Assembly: GCF_009914755.1 (NCBI RefSeq) | Contig: NC_060929.1 | From: the human T2T-CHM13v2.0 reference genome, Homo sapiens | Strand: one strand, 5' to 3' | DNA: 64,000 bases | Part shown: positions 55,116-64,000 of the stretch, one piece after another | How positions within the stretch are numbered: the stretch's first letter is position 1 | Layout: each line of letters begins with the position of its first letter | Notes under the pieces: model-generated | Database searches by the model: none | What the model was told of the DNA's origin: nothing | The model's input: only the letters and a program-made list of their open reading frames with translations | Translations under genes and position numbers: made by a program

Positions 55116-56276
55116 GAGTGACGCTGGTTCTCCAGGTGCCATCCCCATAACTGGTTGTTGAGTATCCCAAATGAGTTTACTTCTGAAGTCTGTGGGCCAG
55201 GATACTGAGGAGAACTTCCTTAAATACCACTTTGATACTAATTTTTCTCTGACTGCAGGAAATACCAGTTATGTGCCAACTAATGTCACACCAGGCCTCC
55301 ATGGTCCTTAGAACCCATCACCGTTGTTCCTTCAAATTGAGCAAGGATGTGCTTCAGGCTGGGCCAGCAGCATGGCTCTTCCAGGGGAGCCATGGAGGAA
55401 GCACATGGGGAAGGTTTAACAACCAACTTTCCAGTGTGCTAATAAGAATTCTGATTGATTAGTACTGCTATTATTTTAAGAGAAGGGGAGAGATGCTCTG
55501 CCATGTGGTGTAGGATTTTCTTGACTGGGAGGCAGTTTCTGAATCTAAGGTATAATGTTGGAGAGGAAATGAGATGGTGCTAAGGATGGCTTGGTGGGAT
55601 AGTGTCCTCCAATAACCTCATACTCACTTCCAACCCAAGACATGCCTAATGAGCCTACAATATGAGAAAATCGAAAGCAAAGGATGTTTACAGAAAAGCA
55701 TCCCTGGCCCTTCCTTTTGTCTAGACTAACAAAACCTCCTATAAACCTCCAATTCTAGAGCCTCCCCCAAGGTAGAGGACTGATGGATGGAAGGGGTGGA
55801 GGTAGGTGGTGCTATTTCATGGAGAAGTACAGGCCCTGTTGCTCCATGATGTGGAAGGTTTTGGGGCCAGGTACAGAGGAGGCAATTTGTTCACAGCATG
55901 GTGACCTGGTGGCTTTTCGGCAGTCCAGCAGAGATGGAGGTGTCAACATGACCACACAGTGTTTGCTCAGCATGAGGTTCATCTATCTACCAGACATGAC
56001 TTGGCAGTCTTCTCACTATTTTCTGTATTCTTTCAAGAAAGAACTGCCACTCTGTTCTCTGCATTGCATGATTAACTTCAGATTTTTTAGCTAACAATTG
56101 CCAGTGTCTTCCTTCGTTTGACTACATACCATGTACAAAGTATTTTTAGCATATCTCTCATATTATCCCTTATTAACTCTCTTAGCTTTAATTTATGACA
56201 TACAACATATCATAGTAACTTCTACTCAGTGTTCTAAACTGGTATGGAGTTTCTTCATTTAGCAATATGTTAAAGC

Positions 56277-56277
<1 letters not shown>

Positions 56278-56314
<37 letters not shown>
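56278..56314. repeat. (TG)n microsatellite
   Basis: About 18 units. Confidence 0.96.
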
Positions 56315-56316
<2 letters not shown>

Positions 56317-56932
56317 AGAGAACATTGATTAGATGTGACCTATATGATGGGCCTGTGATCACCTCTATAGCATTTTGCCTCCAGGTAGGGGACTGATTCC
56401 TCTAACTAGTCAATTTGGGGAGGATAAGGGCTCATGGTCAGGTGGCCTCTGTCTTCTGTCTCTTCAGCAGGCCTGTCCAAGGAAAATATAAGTGGCCTTG
56501 GCTCCTCCACACTGCAAGTCTTACTATGCAGGCTTCCATCTGCAGCACCCCAGTCCAGTGCTGAGACAGGATGGGAGAGTTGATCTAATTCTGGAATTTA
56601 GTGAACTTTCACAAGCTACATCCTGTGATTTAGCTCCTATCAATAGCATGGGTTATATTTTGACGACTTCTTTTCTTTTCTTTTTATGTTTTCTTGTCTT
56701 TTCCTTTCTTTTCTTTCTTTTTCCCTCCCTCCCTCCCTTCCTTCCTTCCTTTTCTAACTTTTTTAGAGCTATTGGCAAGGGCAAGTAGAAGGGTGCTATT
56801 CATTGGGATACACATGGGATAATCCAATGTTTGTTTTGGTTAATATAGTCAGTTGAACTCCACAACTTCTTTATCACTGAACATTAAAATTGTCTCTATT
56901 GGATCGGTTAACTTTCAATCACTTAGCTTGCA

Positions 56933-56974
56933 TGTGTGTGTGTGTGTGTGTGCGTGTGTGTGTGTGTGTGTGTG
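56933..56974. repeat. (TG)n microsatellite with one CG interruption
   Basis: About 20 units. Confidence 0.96.
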
Positions 56975-57769
56975 CTTCAAGATTATTTAGGTGAGAAGTA
57001 TAATTTACATGCATCCCCCAAAAAAACCCTGAGGATACTTCTCAGGCTAGGTAATCTTTGAAGATGAAACATGGGATGGTGATCCTTTCTGTACAACTCA
57101 ATTATTAAAAAGGTATGCATCCCAATGTCTTGCCTGTGGGTCCTTCCTGCTTGAAAAGACACTGGCAGAAATGTACAATGATGAATCTGCTATTTGTGGA
57201 CTGGTAATCGCTAGGTTCAAGTGCACGTGGTGACCCCCACATCAACCCTGCAGGGAGTGGCTCTGCTACTTAGGGGTTGTCATTATTACATTTTTTTTCA
57301 CCCAGTATTTCAGAATCAATCCAAGATTCATCTAAATGCAAAATAGGTGATAATGTTGCAAATGGGCAGAATACTGAAAGGAAATAAAATACAATGACCT
57401 TAAGAAAGAATGGGTCGTGAGATAAGCTTTTGATGAATTATAGAGCAGTCTTGGCAGTAATGCCATGATCAATGAATTAATCATTTGTTGCTGCACTGTT
57501 ACATTGTTTTTAATCTGATAATAGAGGGGATACATTTTCCGTATAATTTATCATATATTTAGCATAGATGGGACCTTCAAAAAGTGCTTCTAGGCGAAGA
57601 AAAATCACCACTGAATTTGAAACAAATAGAATCTACACCTGTTGAAGGAGAAACTTCAAGTATAAGAAACTTCTCTGAGAGGTAATTTTCACTTCTGCTG
57701 ATGAAATTAGGGTGCTTTATAATTCAATCAAGAACACAAGATTTTTTTAAAAATGTCTGCAACATTCTT

Positions 57770-58442
57770 GTATTAGTTTCCCATTTATGTGCAACCAATT
57801 ACTACCAACTTATCTTGGCTTATCCAAATATTCTGCTTAGGGTCTCTCCAGGATGTAACCCTGATGTCTGCTGGCTGCATACTCACCTGGAGGCTTGATT
57901 AGGGAGGAGTCCCGGTGAGTCTCACTGAGGTTGACAGAACTCATCTCCTTGGACTGTGTGACTGAGAATACTGGCTCTCCCAGATTGATGGCTGGAGACT
58001 GCCCTCAGGTCCTAGAAGCCACTCCAGTTCTCTGCCACATATGCAATTATGACACAGCAGTGTGCTTCTTCCAGATTGGGAATTGTTATTTACCCATAAA
58101 AGTTCCCAGTTCTCTTTTAAGGGCTTTCATCCAATTTTAAGTAAGATCCAGTCAAGATAATGTCCCTTTTGCTTGACCAAAAAAAAGAAAAAAAAATACC
58201 TTATCTGCAGTCTTAGTTGCCTGAAAATCTCATCACTTTTGCCTTAAAATGTACTTAATGAAAAAAAGTGAAATATGTGTTCATTTTGCTAAATAATGTA
58301 ACCCAATCAAAGGAGACTGATCCCATCTCATTTTTCATATCCTGGTGCTTAGAAACAAGTCACAGGTTCTGCCCCACTCCAGAAGCAGAGATGATCCAAG
58401 TCCATAAATCCTTGAGGGACACTTCAGAGTGCATCTGCCACA
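57770..58442 (-). mobile_element. MLT1E/F-like MaLR LTR
   Basis: TGTATTAGTTTCC...TCACCTGGAGGCTTGA...TTAGAAACAAGTCACAGGTTCTGCCCCACTC...CTGCCACA. Confidence 0.75.
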
Positions 58443-60777
58443 ACTTTTATTAGTTTATCATATTTACTGTAATTTTCATGTGACAATTTGAAGAGATTCT
58501 GGAAAAGGGGAATTAAAGATGAGAGATTAATTCAGTCCACTGCAGAAAAGTGGGAATTTGATTCTAGGAGCATTGTACTCATTACCTGGACAGCTATATA
58601 GTCCTAGAGTAGTGGAAATATCCCTCAAGACAGTAACTTCCCTCCATGCTTTCTCTTTCTGCTCACCAAACACTTTTGTACTTTACATTTTGGTTTCTCA
58701 AGTGAAACTGCCACCACAAAATGGTGTTCTGAAAAAGCATACCACCAGTTTTAACACTATTTAAATGACTAGATTCTCATTCTGTATGAGTAGACATGGG
58801 ACAGAACAAAAAAAATAAAAAATAAAAATAAATTGTCATTCCTGTTTATCTTCGTCCTAAAATTTTTTTTAACAGACATTTATTCATTGATTTACTGCTT
58901 GCCTGGAGCTTGTTTCTGTCCACGTAATGTCGCTCACTGTCTGTGAGGAGACTGAGATCTGTTTTAGTTCCTGTGATTCATCTGCCCTGAGGCCAGGTCA
59001 GGGGTATCTTCTCCTAGGATGAATTCCTTCCTCCTCGCTGTCCATAAGCCCACTATATTTCTCTGCAGCCAGGAACCCCTGGGAAGCATCCCTGTTAACT
59101 GCCATGCTCACACTGGAGCTCAGCCCTGGGCCTCTTTTGCTGACAACTCCACTCTTCCAAGGAGGCCAGAATCTGGTGGGGTCTGAGGACTCACCCTGAG
59201 CTGCTGGGATCACAGGAAAGACCCTGCAGCCTTCACCACAGGATCTGGTCCAGGGACCCTTTGGAGACTTCAAAAAGATATTCACCCTTCTTTGTCAACT
59301 GAGGAGAGTTAATTTTCATTCCCTGGAGACATACACAAAATCTGTTCACTGGACAGCTCTGCCCAATGCAACCAGGGGGTTTTCTTCTTCAATGTCTCTC
59401 TATCTGCAGTGCCACCCTTGTGCATGAAGATGATCATGGTTTTCCCGACAACACTGCTTCAGAACCCAGATTCTTCTGTTATGGTGATGGCCTCTTAAAA
59501 GAGCCTTTTAGTGATGAAAACAACTTCCAACATAGAACTGTTTCTACGCTGTGATTAAATGCAGGCATTTGATATAGAGCCAAACACCTGAGGAAGACGA
59601 AGTGACTGGGTCTGGCTTTAGAACTACACGGTGTTAAGACCCATGTCTTTCTATGTCTGGTTCGGCTTCCCTTTTGGGAAGAAGAGTGACAAGATCAGTC
59701 TCCCTCCACTCTAGAGAAACCACCATGAGGGTCATGGCAGTCTTGAATTGCGAGCTATGGAGATGTAGTGACTCTTCCATGTTGCTGCTGCGCATCATGG
59801 TCCCCCTTGAAATTCACAAGCATTTCGGGTCCTGAAATCCTATGATGCAGAAGGAGACCCTTCTCCTTTTTGAAACACAAATTCCAAGTGACCAGTCCTT
59901 AAAGTAGGTTATGCTTGGGTACAGTTTTAATTTAATCTCACAACCCTTAGCATGAGAACTGATACGCCGCATATCTCTAAATAATCATCTGAATTCAGGT
60001 TTTGTTTTATGTCTTTGGAGCCTGATACTGAAAGCATTTTCTGGTATAGAAGATTCTGAGATTGTTTTCCTCTGACACAGTCATCCATAATCAACCAAGC
60101 GATGTGCCACATTCAAGAAGGCCCAGGTGTCAACCCAGGACAGACAGAAGAATTTATTACATGGAATAAAGAGTGAAGCTTAAGCCAAAAGATCCTCTGG
60201 TGATTTTTCTTCTTCATCCTTCATTCTTGACAATTAATTAATCAATGTATGAATATGGATTGAACTGTCATTATTAAATATCTTTTATATTCTTACTTGT
60301 GTTGAAGGCTTCATAGGCAACAGAAGATATATTGATGGGATATACATATTGATGACTGCAAAATAGTCTCAGAGATAGTGTAATAATGACCACTTCTGCA
60401 AATGATTTTTCTTTAATCTGCTAGAAACTGTTAACTGTTCTAGATGCTTAGCAGAAATTATCTGAAATTCTCACTGGGGAAACTGCAATGTGGGTAAAGC
60501 TAGCCTACTTTAAAAATAACAAAAGCAAGGCTCAGAGTAAACTTACCCAAATCTCCACATAAACAATGAATGAACAAGAAAGCATTACTATTATATGATT
60601 ATTATAATATTAAATACGAACAGTTAATTGACAAGAGTGTCTTATGTGGGTTGGATTATCTCAGAATGAGAAGAGTACTTGGTGAGTTGCAGTCACAATG
60701 GAGGCATAGAATTGAATTAAATGGTTCATTTTTTTCTGGCTATGATTGATTATTTTACTCCTCAGAATTGAAAATTA

Positions 60778-61088
60778 GGCTGGGCAAGATGGCTCACGCC
60801 TGTAATCCCAGCACTCTGGGAGGCCAAAGAGGGTGGATTGCCTGAGGTCAGGAGTTAAACACCAGCCTGGAAAACATGGTGAAACCCTGTTTCTACTAAA
60901 AATACAAAAATTAGCCAGGCGTGGTGGTGGGCACATGTAACCCGGGTACTCGGGAGGCTCAGTCAGGAGAATTGGTTGAATCTGGGAGGCGGAGGTTGCA
61001 GTGAGCTGAGATCCCGCCACTGCACTCCAGCCTGGGCAACAGAGTAAGATTCTGTCTCAAAAAAGAAAAAAGAAAGAAAAGAAAAAAG
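60778..61088 (+). mobile_element. Full-length AluS (Sx/Sz-like)
   Basis: Dimeric Alu, GGATTGCCTGAGGTCAGGAGTT, A-rich tail. Confidence 0.94.
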
Positions 61089-61354
61089 ATAATTAAATAA
61101 TCTTTAGCCACACAAAAAATAGTCTTGGTAGTGAAAATCACATACGTAATTATCTACAAGCCAATTATTTTTTCCCTAAACTACATGGGAATGGCTAATT
61201 TTTAACTTGTGATCATGCTTTCTACCCTGTCTTTTATGATACTTCCCCTGTTTGAAGTTAATTATATAAGTATTTTCTAAAAAAACTAATATATAGTGAA
61301 AAACAGAATCCAATGTAGGTCATTTTCTAAGAGAATAAAGAGTAAACAAGGCAG

Positions 61355-61560
61355 CTATCCTTTCTAAGCTTCAATCTCCTCATCTGTAGAAAGGAAAAAA
61401 ATACTCTATTATTATTTGTAAAGTATTATTTATTAATTTTTATTATTTTCTATTATTATTACCATGTAATATAATAACTTCCATGATTTTTGTGAAAATG
61501 GATAAAATAATATTTGTAAAATGCCCAGTACTATTGAGCACATAGAGAGATAATTAGTAG
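61355..61560 (+). mobile_element. MIR fragments
   Basis: CTAAGCTTCAATCTCCTCATCTGTA.AAAGG...TTGTGAAAAT...TGTAAAATGCCCAG. Confidence 0.55.
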
Positions 61561-62279
61561 ATATTACCTTTGGATAGGAAAATTAGCTTTTGGCTAATTG
61601 CTATCAGAATCAGCCTGCAAACCAAAAGCCCTTGGATAGTTTCTTAATTCATTTTCCTGGAGAGATGCACCCCTAAAATAATTCCACAAATTTCTAAAAG
61701 AACCAGTTATATTATCCAGTGAGTCTTTCATGTAGTCCAAATTTCAGCATATTCAAAGCTCTTTGGGGACTTCCAGGTTTATAAACTATTGCTGGTATTG
61801 AAAAGTTTTGCTTTTGGTGATGCTTTGTATAATCAACAAATTTAATGTTATTCACCCTTAGGAGTTCTTGACAAATAATATCCTAAACACACAGTTAAAA
61901 CATAAGAAAGAACTAAAGCTTTTTATGAGTTCTAAAGACCCAAACAAAACTTAAACTCCCTTCATATTCTGACTCCCACAGCATCTTTTCAGACTGTAAA
62001 TAATTATCACCTCACTGAGAAAGAAAACAGAATAAAATATTTGCATTCTAGCATCTCTTCCTACTTACACCTTAAGAATGAAATGTTGGATCCTGGTTAT
62101 GACTCTAGGACAGAATGCTTTGGTACTAACCCAGACTGATATGGTTCTCAATCAAATGCACTCTGTTTCCTGTACTACATCAAATGCATGTTGCCTACCT
62201 GTCCACTTCAGGTTTAGAGAGCAAATCGAGAAAGTAAACAGTGTGTGGAATGTTTAAGATGTAAATTACTCTAAAGGAT

Positions 62280-63973
62280 GAATCACAAAGATGCAAAATG
62301 GTACAATCAACTTAGAAGACAATTTTCCAGTTTCTTACAAAACTAAATGTTATCATACTATATCATACAGAGATTATGCTTCTACATCTTTATATGACAG
62401 ATTTGAAAATTTATGTCCACACAAAAATGAACAAATGAATATTAATAGCAGCTTTATTCATAATTGCCCCCAAATTGGTAGTAATCAAGGTATTCTTCAT
62501 TAGGCGAATAAAATGCGGTAGAACTAAACAATGGAATATTTTCCAGTGGTAAAATAATGAGCTTTCTATCTACGCAATGATGTGGATGTACTTTAAACAC
62601 ATATTGCAAGTGAAAAACTGGCCAATTTGAAAAGGCTACTTACTAAATAATTCCATATATATGACATTCTAGAAAGGCAAAACTATAGGTATGGTAAATA
62701 GATTAGTGGTTGCCAGGAGTTTGAGGCTGAGCCAGAGTTGATGAGGTAAAGCCCACGGGATTTTTAATGCAGTGAAACTTTGCATATACAGCTATGAGTT
62801 AATAATGCTATGTTTGTATCATACATGGTACTCGATAGTACAAAGGCCAACCTTAATCTATGCAAGTTTTTAAAAAACATTTGGGAGTTCAGGGGATCCC
62901 AGGATGAAATGCAGATTGTGACAAAAGAATCTGTGTACACATGTATGAAACAACCTCACTGATAGGCATGGTGGGGAAAGTGTTAACCTAAGCAACATTG
63001 GGAATTAGTGGAATCTATAAGATTAAAGACAGTGGAAACTGCACATAAGCACTGTACTCTAGTTGATAAAGTTGATATGTACAGGTTAGCAATGGTGAAA
63101 CCACTGTACATATATACTGGAATGGAACAATTACAAAAATGGGTGGCAGATGGTAGGAACCAGGTTTCTAAATGTTGAAGTGGAAGTTTATAGAAAAGCA
63201 AAGAAAGAAGGCATGAATGATCCATGTGTCAATGAATTAGAGTTGGAGACATCAGTATGAGCTCATGTTTAGCTACATGTTTGTGCACATAGATGCATAC
63301 ATAGAAGGATATTTATAGATATATGGAGATGCACAGTTTAGTATACACATATATTTCCTTGTTCTATCAACTGAGAAGGTCTAGAAGCAATGACACCCCA
63401 GTAGCAAAAACCACACTTATCACCCAGAGTTTGTTTTCTAATTCTATTATGAGATAAAAAGAAGCAACATACTTGAAAAAATTGCTGGTTCTAGGAATGG
63501 TGCAGGGAACAGGCTCAATGATCCTAGAGCTTCATATAGTGCCATAAAGTGAAGAAATGTTTTTAAAAGTCCACAGTCATGAGGGTATGTCAAGGAGACA
63601 CAGGAGATGACTGAAAGAGCCCCAAATAGCTGAAGCTGGATAATTAAAGCAACAAAACTAATAAGGAAGTATTAAAACCCAAAATATAAGTTAAGTATCC
63701 ATGATTCCATATTGATATAAATTAATGATTGTATAAGAAAGCAGAATTGGAGAATATAAAATCTTTTTTTGGAGAAGAATTCCACACAATTTATGTAGAC
63801 ATTTCAGTCTCAGGGAGATAGAACATAATTCCACACTTCTTAAGTGTGGGCTGTGCACAGGGCATTCTTTCCAAAGGGTACTGTATAGAAAGGAAGGGAG
63901 AGTAATTGTACAGTAGAGGAACCTGACACACACTATCTCAGGCAGATGATCAAGATGAACAACAGTGGTGAGT
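62280..63973 (+). mobile_element. L1MC (L1MC1-3-like) 3' region
   Basis: GATGCAAAATGGTACA..CA.CTT.GAAGACA.TTT...ATGACATTCT.GAAAGGCAAAACTAT, followed by the long L1MC-type 3'UTR. Confidence 0.8.
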
Positions 63974-64000
63974 TGATTTGGTTTGGCTGTGTTCCCACTC
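63974..64000 (+). mobile_element. Start of a THE1/MST LTR (runs off the window)
   Basis: TGATTTGGTTTGGCTGTGTTCCCAC. Confidence 0.7.

Overview
Primate (human-like) nuclear genomic DNA. It is AT-rich, CpG-depleted and has no CpG island, which fits an intergenic region or a deep intron. Much of it is transposable-element debris: L1PA/L1MA/L1M LINE fragments, eight Alus (J, S and Y types), seven THE1/MST MaLR LTRs, MER4/MER21/LTR33/MLT LTRs, MER44/MER5/MER91/MER53 DNA transposons, MIR/L2 and microsatellites. I cannot support any protein-coding gene, RNA gene or CRISPR array. The listed ORFs are repeat remnants or chance ORFs, and I see no evidence for a new biological system. The most notable structures are: a 272-bp, ~96% identical local duplication 4.2 kb apart; an orphan L1PA 5'UTR whose antisense promoter would point at candidate exons; a twin-primed inverted L1MA splitting a MER91; a closely spaced inverted Alu pair; and several short tandem duplications in unique DNA. 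Repeat subfamily calls come from recalled consensus motifs, not from an alignment, and most boundaries are approximate.
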